From the NCBI GenBank assembly GCA_964016885.1, contig OZ024741.1, positions 101,060,001 to 101,124,000 of the forward strand: a stretch of DNA of 64,000 nt, in the 5' to 3' direction. Shown piece by piece: positions 12,802 through 25,679 of this stretch (positions are counted from its first letter, which is position 1; every line of letters starts with the position of its first letter). Position numbers and translations under genes: made by a program. This DNA comes from Eledone cirrhosa. Its lineage: Eukaryota. The notes beneath the pieces are model-generated. The model ran no database searches. It worked only from the letters and a program-made list of their open reading frames with translations, and had not been told where the DNA came from.

Positions 12802-13324
12802 TCTTTGAGTCTCAGTCATTGATGTTGGTTAACTGGAAAGTTTATTGAAATGAATATCAAGCCACTACCTGCAGACTCAGATATTTAGGACGTATCGGAA
12901 GGTTCTTACTGTTCCCAGCAAGCATGCCTTTTGAAGTGTTCCAAAAAGCGGGGCGGGGCCAATTTTCTTTAACCATCCCTGGAAACTCTTTGAGATAGTA
13001 CCTAGTGCGCCTTTTTACCTCCCACTTTAAGTCCTGGAATCGGTTAATTTTCTCCTTCTCCTTCTCTTGCACTCTCGTGTCGAATGGGCAGGCCACATCC
13101 ACAATCAGACACGATCTTTTTTCCTTGTCCAAAACCACCAGGTCAGGTCTATTGTGTTCCAGTTTCTTGTCCGTCTGTACCCTAAAATCCCACAGCACCT
13201 TCACCTGATCGTTTTCTATCACCGACTCTGGCTTATGCTCATACCACTTCTCAGAATGTGGTAAATTGTTTACTTTGCATAGGAGCCAGTGGATCACCCT
13301 GCCCATCACATCATGTCTCCAGCC
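12802..13324 (-). mobile_element. R4/Dong-type family B, 3' fragment
   Basis: RLE motif HNRPDLVVLD..IVDVACPFD. Near copy of 19389-19952 with an internal deletion of about 60 bp. Flanked by (ATT)n. Confidence 0.9.
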
Positions 13325-13561
13325 TATTATTATTATTATTATTATTGAATGTTATGGTTGACGGAGGCTCGGCTCTGTAAGGTATTGTAAATTTTGAACG
13401 CTATAACAATTGTAAATTGTTTAAAACTTTAACGAACTTGTAGACAAAAACACCCTCCTCCTCGTGAGAGGGGTCTTTCTGCCCGTTATTTGGCCCTTTG
13501 GGGTTAAATAACTGCTTATTGGGGTTTTGTGCCCAATATTTATTTTAAACAAAAAAACAAC

Positions 13562-15665
13562 ATGTCTACGAAAAAGAATTTTCATAGGTCACTCCCACTC
13601 ATTCCGTCTTCTTCTTCCTCAATCATCACTACAGCAGAGAGAAGATTGTCTCTCTCCCTCCCTTCTTTAAATGTGTCTCTCTCCCTCCCTTCTCTTTCGC
13701 AAGCGACGACAGAAAAGAAAAGTCTCGTGCAAAGCGTGCAAGATTTCTCCACGACGACGACGACAACGACGAAACAGGTGTGCGGGAAATACGAAAACCC
13801 ATTTCATTCGTCTGACGTCAGGAATAATAGCAGTAGCAGCCGTAATAACAACAGCAACAGTGACAATGAAAACAACAGTAGCAGCCGCAACAGCATCACC
13901 AGCAGCATAAACAACAACAGCATTAGCAGCAGCAACACCAACAACAACCACAGCAACAGCGGCGGAGGCAGTAGTCGTAGTACCTGCAGCAACAACAAAA
14001 GTAACAGCAGCTCTGACGACAACAACAACAACAGCAGCAAAGAAAAACCAATCTCATTTGCAGGTATTGCGAAGAACCTGGAAACAATCCTCATAACAAA
14101 TGAGGAATTAGAGGAAGCGAAGAAGATGGTGACAAAGACTGCACACCGAGCAATCTGCAAGGCAGCGGAAAAACTTTTCGAAACCCAACAACACTGTACG
14201 GTCACGTACCGTACAGTAAGTACAAAATCCCGTAGGGTTGAAAGAGCCACAGAGGCTCAAATACAAAAAGCCTTGGGGTCTGTGTGGCAGCGGAAAACGC
14301 ACATCACCCGAGGCAAAAAATATGCCACCGTAGACGTACTTTTTGCCACACCCCAGGAGGCAAAGGCTCAATCCGTAGTGACCCTACGGAGCGAGGAAAT
14401 GGTGTTGGTGCCCTCCTACTGCGGGCAAAAAATTGTGAGGGTCAAACTGACCCACGTCCCCCCCGGGATGGCCCCTTCTTGGCTGGCCGCGTCTGTCCTC
14501 GTCGGAATCGAGGACAAAACAACTGTACTGCAAGTACAGAAAAAAGTAAGAGAAGATTGGGTCGGCACCTCCATTGAGATGCTAATCCAAACCAACGAGG
14601 AGTGCATCGAAGCTATCCCGGATGTGATAGACTTCGATAACGGCACTCAACTGCCCATAAGTGTTGAGGGCAAACGCCCGAAATGCTTTCGCTGTGGATC
14701 GAAGACTCACCTCAGGGCCTTCTGCAACGAGAAGACCCTGAGAAAGGAGAAAACCCCCCCTCCTTCCGAAACCGGCTCCACGGCTACCAGCAACAGGACA
14801 AGCGGCAACCAGGAACGATAGGTCCATGGCACCCATACCCACGCCACGGAAATCAAAAACAGCAGCAGCAGTGGAAATATTAACAACAACAACAGCAATA
14901 CCAAATGCAGCTGCAACAGAGACTCCAGTGCAAACATCACCAACAAGAAGAAGTGAAAGAGTGGAGCTGGTACCCCTCCCCGACCTCACAGAATCAGACA
15001 TGGAGTGTGAGGTGGGAGAGGGATGGCAAAAGGTCGTAAGAAGGCACAAACGCAGAAGCAGCGCATCGTCGCCTTTGAAAAGGGAGGAAAGAAATGAGAA
15101 AAGGGTAAAGTCTACTGCAAAGAGACTCACAGCAGCAACACCACCAACACCATCACCACCCACACTAGCACCACCATCACCACCGGCGACAACCCCACCG
15201 CCAACAACACCTTCAACACCACCACCACAAGCACCAACATCGCAAACACAACAACAAAACACACACACCCAGCAACAACGACAAGAAAATAGCAGAACCA
15301 CACCCCACCCCCAGAAAAACAAATGCACGGCAATAAATACACACAACAAGAAACTAATGACTTACATAATTGAACACACAGACATTTCACAACACGACTA
15401 CATAATACCAGCACCAATCAAAACGCCAACTAACATAAGACTGCTAAAAATAGCACAGAAACAATACACAAACATTAAAACGAAATTCCCCAACGCAGTT
15501 GGTGATTTCAGGGACCTAGGAGGAACTATCAATCGAAGAGTATATTCGGACATACTCATAGAAGAGCCGACGACCAGCCGAAGGGACGATTCAACGGTCC
15601 CTTCACCAGACGATCAAGTGAAAAGGGATGTAAAAACCATCCCTCCTCTACGAAAAGTACGGTAA
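13562..15665 (+). CDS. Tx1 ORF1 (gag-like, CCHC knuckle), split by a probable frameshift in the C-run at about 14754-14760
   Basis: ORFs 13529-14821 and 14826-15665 are in different frames. Knuckle CFRCGSKTHLRAFC. The second frame is open back to the C-run (LPKPAPRLPATGQ...). Confidence 0.75.
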
Positions 15666-15700
15666 GTGGTCTTTCCCATCTTTTCCACTCTATTTTAAAC

Positions 15701-18700
15701 ATGACCTCACTCAGAATAGGCAGCATAAATGCGCGTGGCTTGGGGTCGTCATGGAAGCAGGGTCACCTGCTCAACGACCTCAGGTCACCAAACATAGATG
15801 TAGTGGCCATCAGCGAGACCAGAATCTCCGAAGCACGGGCCTTCGCACCGATCTTCGGCGGCTACGATGTGTACGCATCTCCCAGCCGTCCTGGATCGGA
15901 GGGAGGAGTTGCTGTGCTTTTTCGGAGAGGTTTGGATCTCGCCATACGGGCCATCTTCCTGGTGGTGCTGGACGTGACCAGCGGAGACGGGCAAGCTTTC
16001 AGGCTAGTGGCCGTCTATGCCCCGACAGGAGCAGGGCGGCCTGATTTCTTCCGGCGTCTGGAGACCTTTCTTGGAACGTCCCGCTCTTTAGTGTTAGTGG
16101 GCGACTGGAACGGGATCTTAGATGCACGCTGGGACTGTGTGGGATTAGCGGATAGGGGTGGAGGGTGCAAGAGCCTCACCAACCTGCTCAGGCATTTTGA
16201 ACTGTCTGACAGGTACCGATTGGATTTCCCGAATGTGCCAATGTGGACTTGGACAAATCGCATAGGGTCATCCAGATCATATCTAGATAGAGTATTTTGT
16301 AGGGAAATAGATAGGTCTAGCATAGGCTGTCCACAATTCAAGATAGTCAGCTACACGGACCACAAATTCGTGATCTGTGTGCTTGACTTAGATAGGCTTC
16401 ATAGACGAGGACCCGGCTACTGGAAGCTAAACGCGTCCTTACCAGCGCGCAAGGCCTACAGAGACCGGATTAGCGAACTAGTTAAGCGGGCGTTGACGGG
16501 GGCCATCGTCAACAATAAGTGGTGGTTTGCTCTGAAAAGAGCGATTAGAATAGAATCGATTAGGTTTAGTAAGGCTTTAGCAATAGAGAAAAATAGAGCA
16601 GAGGGAGAACTAGTTAGAAAATTAGACGAGGCGCTCAGCAAAGGCATTGCGACCGACGTGCTTGCGGCGAAATTGGCCCTGGATCAATTCTTCAATGCAA
16701 AGCACGAAGGCTGCGTTGTCAGAGCAAGGGTGCATGCTCTCAGACACGAGGGGACGAAAGCCGTTCAATGGCCTCGAGTGGCGGAGGCGCGTCGTGGCAA
16801 CAAAGCCACGATCCGGTCTTTGGTGGACCACGACGGGCGCATGCTACTCGATCCCGGGCAAATGTGTGAAGCTTTTCAGCGACACTTCGCTCAGCTGTTC
16901 GGGGGCAGCGGTGGGCCGGGTCGAGGGATGGACTTTAGTGTCTACCTCGACGGACTGCCGCGGCTCTCGGCCACTGAGGCGAAGTGTTGCGAAAAGCCGA
17001 TAACAGCCGCTGAAGTAAGGGAGGCAATGACTGGCTGCACAAGGGGTAAATCGCCTGGTTTGGATGGTCTGCCATATGAACTTTACGTACAGATGCCAGA
17101 CTTGTTCGGAGGCCTCTTGGCGGACGTCTACTGCAACTGGCAACAGAACGGGAGAATTCCCAGTTCTGTGAGCCGAGGAGCGGTGGCACTGCTGAGAAAG
17201 GATCCGAACAAGGGGGATAACATAGACAATTTCCGGCCCATAACTCTGCTAAACACAGAGTTCAAGATTTTGGCCAAGGTGCTAGCAAAGAGGTTGGTGC
17301 TTGTCGTTGGTGGTCTGGTGGGAGAGGCGCAGACATGCGCCATTCCCGACAGATCCATCCACGACAACCTCCACCTCATGCGATACATCATAGAGAGGGT
17401 AGCTAAGGAACCTGGCACGGGTGGGTCCTTGATCAATTTAGATCAGTCGAAAGCTTTCGATAGGGTCGACCATCGTTACCTAGCGGCAGTCCTGAGGGCG
17501 GCTGGCTTTGGGCCCGTCTTCAGAGGCTGGATCGCTGCCATGCACAGCGACATCTGCTCTGTGGTGAGAGTGAACGGTCACCTGTCGGAACCGTTCAACA
17601 TCATGCGCTCGGTCCGCCAAGGATGTCCCCTCTCGTCCCTCTTGTACGTATTGACTCTCGAGCCATTACTGCACAAACTGGAGACGTTGAGGGGAGTCCC
17701 GCGCGAACTAGGATGCGGAAGATCCGTGTCAGCATATGCGGACGATGTCACCGTAGTGGTGTCGAACGCCAAACACATCGAGGCGATCGGCACTACACTA
17801 AGAGAATACGAAGCGGTGACAGGAGCAATGATCAACCAGGAAAAGTCAGTGGGCCTGCAGCTCGGCACCTGGAGAGGCAGGTCCATGCCGTCCAACAGCG
17901 TCGTCGGACGCTGGACGGACGGACCGGTTAAATTGCTAGGGTTCTGGTTCGGTCCGGACCTCCAGACGGACAAAAACTGGGACGAGGTGACGAGCAGGGT
18001 GGCTTCTCTCACCCAGAAATGGGCGGAGAGGAAGCTATCCCTGAAAGGTCGAGCGGAGGTGGCTAACGCGTACATCGCGTCTGTCATCTGCTACCGCCTG
18101 ACCGTCGTACCTTGTCCTAAGCCTCGCCTGACTGCGCTGGAGCGTTTGCTCTTTCGCTTTTTGTGGAAGGGACGTGCTCCGATGGTCAGGCGGTCCATCT
18201 GTTGTCAACACCCGCTACGTGGAGGACTGGGCATGCCGTGGCTGATGATGCGCAGGCACGCGCTCAGGCTACGACATCTCCACCTCTTCCTCGACGGTGA
18301 TCAGGTGTGGTCGCCGTTTGCTAGGCGCGTATTTCCCCAGCTCGTTTCCTTGACGGAGCTGCAGTCCTGGGTCAAGCGAAGACCGAGAGGGAGCGCCTGG
18401 AGACTGGAATGTCTTCAGGCGCTCACAGCCCTCGACCAATCGGGCAATGTGATCGGTGGAAACTCCACCTCGGCGTTCTATAGAGGATTAGTGGAGGGTA
18501 AGAGCGACGACGTACTTGGGGAAACTCTAGGCGTCGACGAAAATCAACTAGCCAATCTCTTCGGAAGAACTTTCGGGCCGGGGCCTATGGACAACTTCCA
18601 GAAATCTCTGGCCTGGCAGTGCTACCGAGGAGCCTTGCCAGTTCGGGATAAACTCTACAGGCATGGAGGTGCCGTCAGCCGGGCATGTCCGAGATGCGCG

Positions 18701-19102
18701 CAGAGCGACGAAACCGTCCTGCACGCACTCGTCCAGTGTCCGAAAATTGCTGACTTGTGGGTTTATGTCGAACACCTGCTGTCGCGTTTAGGACGGATCC
18801 GGCTATCATCTGAGTCCATCGTGAGGATTGCCCCGCCCTCCTCCTTTAGCCGGGAAGGGCAGGCAGTTTTTATCTGTCTGGTGGCCATGGCGAAAGAGAT
18901 AGTATGGTGGACACGTTTGAAAGGGCTGAAGACGAGCACTTACCTCTTCGGTGATGCTCTGATTGACTTTTTCAAATTTCATTTGAAAAGGAAAATCAGA
19001 GTAGAGAGGGAAGTGCTCTCTTCCCAGCATTTTGTTGAAAGATGGGTGAGAGAAGCAAGAATGGCCCGAGTGAATGGGCCTACTCTGAGTATATATTTGT
19101 AA
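15701..19102 (+). CDS. Tx1 ORF2: APE endonuclease, reverse transcriptase and C-terminal zinc finger, 1133 aa
   Basis: SINARG, SET, GDWN, YLDR and TDH (APE); FRPITLLN, LDQSKAFDRV, RQGCPLS and YADD (RT); CPRC..DETVLHALVQC. Confidence 0.95.
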   Translation: MTSLRIGSINARGLGSSWKQGHLLNDLRSPNIDVVAISETRISEARAFAPIFGGYDVYASPSRPGSEGGVAVLFRRGLDLAIRAIFLVVLDVTSGDGQAFRLVAVYAPTGAGRPDFFRRLETFLGTSRSLVLVGDWNGILDARWDCVGLADRGGGCKSLTNLLRHFELSDRYRLDFPNVPMWTWTNRIGSSRSYLDRVFCREIDRSSIGCPQFKIVSYTDHKFVICVLDLDRLHRRGPGYWKLNASLPARKAYRDRISELVKRALTGAIVNNKWWFALKRAIRIESIRFSKALAIEKNRAEGELVRKLDEALSKGIATDVLAAKLALDQFFNAKHEGCVVRARVHALRHEGTKAVQWPRVAEARRGNKATIRSLVDHDGRMLLDPGQMCEAFQRHFAQLFGGSGGPGRGMDFSVYLDGLPRLSATEAKCCEKPITAAEVREAMTGCTRGKSPGLDGLPYELYVQMPDLFGGLLADVYCNWQQNGRIPSSVSRGAVALLRKDPNKGDNIDNFRPITLLNTEFKILAKVLAKRLVLVVGGLVGEAQTCAIPDRSIHDNLHLMRYIIERVAKEPGTGGSLINLDQSKAFDRVDHRYLAAVLRAAGFGPVFRGWIAAMHSDICSVVRVNGHLSEPFNIMRSVRQGCPLSSLLYVLTLEPLLHKLETLRGVPRELGCGRSVSAYADDVTVVVSNAKHIEAIGTTLREYEAVTGAMINQEKSVGLQLGTWRGRSMPSNSVVGRWTDGPVKLLGFWFGPDLQTDKNWDEVTSRVASLTQKWAERKLSLKGRAEVANAYIASVICYRLTVVPCPKPRLTALERLLFRFLWKGRAPMVRRSICCQHPLRGGLGMPWLMMRRHALRLRHLHLFLDGDQVWSPFARRVFPQLVSLTELQSWVKRRPRGSAWRLECLQALTALDQSGNVIGGNSTSAFYRGLVEGKSDDVLGETLGVDENQLANLFGRTFGPGPMDNFQKSLAWQCYRGALPVRDKLYRHGGAVSRACPRCAQSDETVLHALVQCPKIADLWVYVEHLLSRLGRIRLSSESIVRIAPPSSFSREGQAVFICLVAMAKEIVWWTRLKGLKTSTYLFGDALIDFFKFHLKRKIRVEREVLSSQHFVERWVREARMARVNGPTLSIYL

Positions 19103-19388
19103 ATTAAAGGTGGAAAACTGGGAGAGGGCACTTGCCTTGGTGGTCAGGGTCATTGTGGCTTTTTACTGGGCTTTCTCCACAAATGTCCCTCCGAAGTCTC
19201 CCCCCTATTGGGGAATTTTTCATTGTTATTTTCATTGGTATTTTTGTTACATCCTCTGTTTTTGTTTTTTACACGCAGAAATGCCCATTTGTACCGTCCT
19301 GCATTGTCCTGCACTGTCCTTAATGTCTACTTTATGTAAACCCTTGTGGTTAATAAAGAAATCATTATTATTATTATTGTTGTTATTC

Positions 19389-21995
19389 CTTGAATCTCAG
19401 TCATTGATGTTGGTTAACTGGAAAGTCCGTTGGAATGAATATCAAGCCACTACCTGCAGCCTCAGATATTCAGGACGTATCGGAGGGTTCTTGCTGTTCC
19501 CAGCAAGCATGCCTTTTGAAGCGTTCCAAAAAGCGTGAAGGGGCCGATTTTCTTTAACCATCCCTGGAAACTTTTGGAGATAGTCCCCAGTGCGCCTATG
19601 ACAATCGGGATCACTTTGACTTCATGGCAGTTCCAAATCCTTTTCACCTCCCACTTTAGGTCCTGGTATCGGTTAATTTTCTCCCTCTCCTTCTCTTGCA
19701 CTCTCGTGTCGAAAGGGCAGGCCACATCCACAATCAGACACGATCTTTTTTCTTTGTCCACAACCACCAGGTCAGGTCTATTGTGTTCCAGTTTTTTGTC
19801 CGTCTGTATCCTAAAATCCCACAGCACCTTCACCTGATTGTTCTCCATCACCGCCTCTGGCCTATGCTCATACCATTTCTCAGAATGTGGTAAATTGTTT
19901 ACTTTGCACAGGTGCCAGTGGATCACCCTGCCCATCACATCGTGTCTCCAGCCCTTATAGTGGGTCTGGGCTAGGTGTTTACACTCGGACACAATGTGAG
20001 CCACAGTCTCCTCTCTCTCTCCACAGATCCTGCACAGTGGGCTAGCCTCCTCCTTGTAAATATGGTGCTTCAACCACTTCGTTTTGAGGGCCTGCTCCTG
20101 CGCAGCCATTAGCATTCCTTCTGTAGCCTTTTTGAGGTCTCCTCTTCTCAACCAGTTCCATGTCTGTGGATCTCTAAATTCAGTTTTCTCAAAGAAGGTA
20201 CTATGAAGGGATTTTCCCTTAAGGCTGCTCTTCCTCCTTCATGTTATTTCCTCCTTGGACATCCCCTGGCCTACTGTCCCCTCCTTCAGTACAGTTCTGA
20301 GCATTGGCTCCTTACTATAGGTCACGTATTTGTATAGGTTGTTTTTCTCCATCTGAACACAGTCCTCTATGCTGATAAGACCTCTTCCACCCTCAGATCT
20401 CCTTAGGTAGAGTCTATCGACATCACTCCTCTTGTTGAACATGTTGTAGATAGTCAATAGCTTCCTAGTCTTCCTATCCATTTCTTTTTGTTCAGCAACA
20501 TTCCATCTCAGAATTCCCGCACTGTACCTAATAATAGACACAGCTCGGGAATTTACTGCGCTTATGGCATTTCTGCTGTTCAGATGTGACTTCAATACGC
20601 TCCTTATTCTCCGAATGTATTCAGTTCTTAACAATTCCTTCATTTTTTTGTTCTTTATGCCATCAGCCTCCAGAACGCCCAAATACTTGTATCCTTCCTC
20701 AGAGTCAATTTCCTTTATCATCTCACCTGTTGGTATCTGGATCCCGTTACTTCTGCTCAACCTACCCCTCCTCATCACAATGACTCCACATTTACTAATA
20801 CCAAACTGCATACATATATCACTGCTGAAAATACGGACAGTGTCAACAAGCACATCCAACTCCTTCTCACTTTTCCCGAAGAGCTTAAGATCGTCCATGA
20901 AGAGGAGGTGATTGATGGTAAGCTCTCCCTTTCCCAACTTGTATCCTGCTCTCACTTTTCGCAGCATAATGGTCAAGGGCATCAGGGCAAGGACAAACAA
21001 CAGAGGGGACAGGCTATCTCCCTGGAAGATACCTCTCTTGATCTTCACGCTTCCCAAGGATACTCCACTTGATGTCAACTCTGTCTCCCAGGACCCCATA
21101 CTCCTGCCCAGCAACTGTCTGATGTTATCTGCCACCCTGAAGATCTCCAGGCTTTTGGTGATCCAAGAATGAGGCACCATGTCAAATGCCTTTCTGTAGT
21201 CTATCCATCCCATGGCAAGATCAGTGTGTCTCCTCCTGCAATTCCCCATTACCATCTTATCAATAAGTAACTGGTCCTTTGTACCACGTGACTTCTTTCG
21301 GCATCCTTTCTGTTCGTCCGGTAACAAGTTGTTTGTGTGGAGGTGATGGTAGATTTCCTCAGACACAATGCTCGTCAACAGTTTCCACATTACGGACAGA
21401 CATGTGATAGGTCTATAGTTGGTAACATCATTACCCTTGATTCGGTCTTTCATTATCAGAACTGTGGTACCTTTTGTCAACCACTCTGGCACCTCACCCG
21501 ACACCAAGCAGTCATTGAACATGGCCGTCAGCTTCGGGTGGAGGGATGTTAAATTTTTAATCCAATACCCCTGCACACCATCTGGGCCTGGTGATTTCCA
21601 GTTGGTTAGTTTTTTGGCCTGCCCCTTAAGAGTTTCAACTGTGATACTCAAATCAGTTTGTTGGTGTGCCTGCTCACCGATCTCCCTCTGTACTGTCTCA
21701 ATCCACCCTGCCTGGACATTATGTCTAACATCCTGCTCCCAAATTCCTCTCCAGAATGTTTTAGTTTGTTCCGCCCCAGGGATCAAGACGTTGCCTCTTT
21801 CTTTCCCCTCAAGCTGTCCAAACAGCATCTTCTGGTTGTTGTCGAACATGCGGTTCTGTTTATACTGACTGACTCTGTTCTCGTATCGCCTGATTTTTGC
21901 ACTCTTTGCTACAATGCGTTGCTTCAGTTCCTCTATGATAATATTTAGCTTTTTCCTCCTAGTTTTGTACTTTATTTCCAGTCTATTTTTAGTGT
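19389..21995 (-). mobile_element. R4/Dong-type family B LINE, 5'-truncated, single in-frame stop
   Basis: ORFs 20239-21849 (RT, FMDD) and 19462-20151 (CRICG..ETVAHIVSEC, RHD, RPD RLE) are in the same frame, separated by TGA at 20239-20241. Confidence 0.93.
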
Positions 21996-22104
21996 CCCAT
22001 TCAGTAGTGACTCAAGCTTTCCTATGTCATTTCTCATTTCCCCGATTTGACCACTCAGTCGTTTCTTCCACCACGGCTCTGCTCTTTCTTGTCTGTTGTT
22101 TCCT

Positions 22105-22290
22105 CGTGGATCGTATGAATCATTAGAGCGTCCGTCGGATAAAATGTATCACAATAATTGTTCCGGCTCTTTAAATTCTGAGTTCAAATCCTACCGAGGT
22201 CAGCTTTGCCGTGCATCCTTCCTGGGTCGACATAATCAATTTTCTCGTCCCTACAAATTACAGCCCTTGTGTCAAATGTAGAAACAATTA
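22105..22290 (+). mobile_element. SINE family A, diverged
   Basis: B-box GAGTTCAAATCC and tail CCCTTGTGTCAAATGTAGAAACAATTAT. Confidence 0.7.
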
Positions 22291-22559
22291 TAATCTGTAG
22301 CACATATTCTGACTAAATAGGTTAAATAAGCTAAATAGGTCACCCTGTATATTGTATGTCTTTCTAAGATGTACATGACTGGGTTTTAAGATAGCATGAA
22401 TTTGAACAATGTTTACTTTTACAATGTTTACTTTTGTAAGACGTAAACAGCACTTAGCTTAACTTTCAATAAAAATATTTTTTTGTTTGTAACTTGGTAA
22501 ACAAGCAAACAAAACATTTCTCTGTGTGAATCTCCCGACAAAACCATCAAGCAGATCAA

Positions 22560-24013
22560 GGCACGTGTGCAACATCAATTGAGAGCCATGCAAGATACCT
22601 GGTGGAGAAAAAAAGGCTGATGAAATCCAGAAAGCCTCAGATAGACATGATACAAAGCTGTTATACAATCTGCTCAGAGAGGTGTATGGTCCAACCGGTC
22701 CACAAATATCACCACTTCGCTCCAAAGAAATTGCACTCCAAAGGAATTGCTCAGAGATCCAAAGGAAATCCCTATCAGGTGGCATGACCACTTAGATGAG
22801 CTCCTAAACAGACCATCAGAAATCGATGATGAGTTCATTCGGTCGATTCCATCTAGACCTACAATGCTGGTAATGGCCGACCCTCCTTCATTTATTGAGG
22901 TGGCGAAGGCCATTGCCAAATTAAACAGCGGCAAGCCACCTGGAATAGATGGATTGAGTGCCAAGATTTTCAAGTGTGCTGGTGTGCTGGCGATGACTTC
23001 TTAAACTGCCTCACTGATCTCTTTGTGAATGTTTGGAATGAAGAAGGCGTACCGCAGGACTGGAAAGATGCATTGGTGGTGGTACTTTCCAAAGGAAAGG
23101 GAGCCAAAGATGACTGTGGCAACTACAGAGGTATTTCACTGCTATCTGTGGCTGGGAAGATCTTGTGCAGGATATTGTTGGACAGATTGATACAGCATAT
23201 TGCTGTTGAGGTACTTCCTGAGTCTCAATGTGGCTTTAGGAATGGTGACATGATTTTCTCAGCCAAACAACTCCAAGAGAAATGCATTGAGCAGCACATG
23301 GACTTATACCAAGTTTTTGTCGATCTGACCAAGGCATTCGACACCGTAAATTGGAAGGCTTTGTGGGTTATTTTGGAGAGATTGGGCTGTCCTGAAAAGT
23401 TTGCGAACATACTCAAGCTCTTCCACAATGACATGGGTAAACATCGGAGGTAAACTGTCTTAGCCAATCTCGGTTGAAAATCGTGTCAAGTAAGATGATA
23501 TATATGCACCAACTTTGTCTGCCTTGTATTTGGCAATGGTGTTTATCATGGCCTTCAAGGATTGTCAACACGGTATCTATCTCAGATATCGCACTTCCGG
23601 CAAGCTGTTCAACCTCAGGCATCTCACTGCCAACACTAAGGTACTGAGTACGTTGTCAGAGAATTTCTGTATGCAGATGATTGTGATCTCTTTGCACACT
23701 CTCAGAGTGACATGCAACATCTTATGGATTCTTTTTCCAATGTGTGCAGTGCTTTGGGACTGACAATCAGTCTGAAGAAGACTGTCGTCATGTACCAACC
23801 TGCTCCGGATAAAGTTTTCAATGAACCCTCTATATATGCAATGACTGACTGGGTCTATATATATATTGGTTGCCAGGAGATGAAGGGGGCCCACCTACAT
23901 ATAGAATGCTAGCATTGGCCCCTAAAATACCTATTACAGTGGGCCCTGCAATGCTACTGTGGACCCCCTAAGGCCCACTTGCCATTAGGCAACCTGGCAA
24001 CCTGGCCAGTCCG

Positions 24014-24070
<57 letters not shown>

Positions 24071-25465
24071 TGTTTGTTAAAAATAATCAAATTAAATTAA
24101 TTCATCAGTTAAACACACATAGGAATAATGAGGTTGTTACCAAAGAGCCAGAAGATTGACAAGTCGACCCTAAATATGACTAATAGCTCTTGGAAAGCCA
24201 TAAGCGACACCATATCTTTTTAACTTTGATTTTGAAAGTAGGTTTATAATTATAAATTTTCATTGCACTTTTGTAGCTATCTCGGTGGCCTAGTTGGAGG
24301 AATCATAGACGATGGTGATCCTGGTCGGGAGCCCTACTCTCGGTAAATCTTTTCAGTTTTGTTCTATGGATTGTAAAATAAAAACTGAAAATGATTACAT
24401 ATACCTCTCGACCAGGTTTGAACCCAAGGCCAGGATCTCCACCATCTCCAGTACCTACCGCTAGGCCGCAGAGACAACTACGACAATTTTATGAAAATTC
24501 ATACTTATAAAGCTACTTTCAAAATTTTCAAAACAAAATGATGTGGTGTCGTACATGTCTTTCTTAATGTTATTGCTCTAAATGATTTGGGTGTTCCATA
24601 AACTTTCTTTCTCTTAGACTTCAGGTATTTTTTGAAAGCTAAGAATTGTCTCCTAAAATACTACTCTGGGCTCCTGCAATGCTACCGTGGTACCCCTGGC
24701 AACTTGGCCAGTCCGCCACTGCATATATGTATACGGCCAAAAGCTGAAGGTTGCTGACATATTTGTGTATTAGGGGGTAATCTGAGTGTGACCTGCTCTC
24801 TGGATGCAGAAGTTGGTCTGTGTGTTAGGAAAGCAAGTGAGTCATTTGGAAGGCTCAACGACCGTCTTTAGTGCAGGTGAGGAATCAAACGAAGACCAAG
24901 GTGAAAGTGTATGCCGCATGTGTACTGTCAGCATTGCTGTATGCGTGTAAGACATGTGTAGCCTACAAACAGCATATAAAAAAACTGGAAAGATTTCACC
25001 AACAGTACCTCAGAAAGATGCTCGATATCAAGTAGCAGATGCATGTGAGTGATGTTGATGTCCTTGTGAGAAGTGAGTGTCGAAGCATTGAAAGTATCAT
25101 CCACCAACAATGTTTGCGATGGACCGGACACCTCAGCGGAATGGAGGATGATCGAATCGCGAAACAACTTTTGTAAGGCGAGCTTTGTAAAGGTAAGAGA
25201 CCACCTCACAAACCAAAGCTCCGATTCAAAGATTATGTAAGGACTCATTGAAAAAAAAATCGTTTGGTGGTGGCTGACTGGGAGATAGAAGCTCTTGAAA
25301 GAGAAACTTGGCGTGGAATGGTGAATTATGGGGTTCATAATTTTGAGGACAGACGCATAGAGCACGAGAAGATCAAACGGGATGTGCGTAAGCAATGCCC
25401 TGGTGTATCCCTCGAAACGATCGGTGTCTCCATTGAATTGGTGTGCCCTGAGTGTGGAAAGATTT
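22560..25465 (+). mobile_element. Degenerate RTE-clade LINE, interrupted by a hAT-like element
   Basis: KPPGIDG, NYRGISLLS, PESQCGFR, FVDLTKAFDTV and a C-terminal CPECGK. The frame NEPSIY|VYGQKLKV resumes across the insertion. Confidence 0.88.
23839..24721 (+). mobile_element. Non-autonomous hAT-like element with 8-bp TSD
   Basis: Termini CAATGACTGACTGG and CCAGTCCGCCACTG. TSD TATATATG (23831-23838) versus CATATATG (24722-24729). An extra internal right end lies at about 23940-24017. Confidence 0.8.
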
Positions 25466-25636
25466 GCTTATACATATATGATGATATATATATATATATA
25501 TATATGATGATTTTTCCTGAATGAAACAGTTCTAGTCTCGTAGAAGCCATTTCTATATTAAATATTTATACTCTGCTATGTATTGAGTACCTTACTTACT
25601 GCGCCCCCCCCCCCGATTGAACCCGGGATAAACTTC

Positions 25637-25679
<43 letters not shown>

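Larger units (their letters stand above)
13347..19375 (+). mobile_element. Near full-length Tx1-clade LINE
   Basis: 5'UTR, ORF1 with zinc knuckle, uninterrupted ORF2, and a 3'UTR with AATAAA and an (ATT)n tail. The left flank is also (ATT)n. Confidence 0.92.

Noticed and set aside
13667-19153. Antisense and alternate-frame ORFs over the Tx1 element
   Set aside because: Shadows of GC-rich or low-complexity coding sequence.
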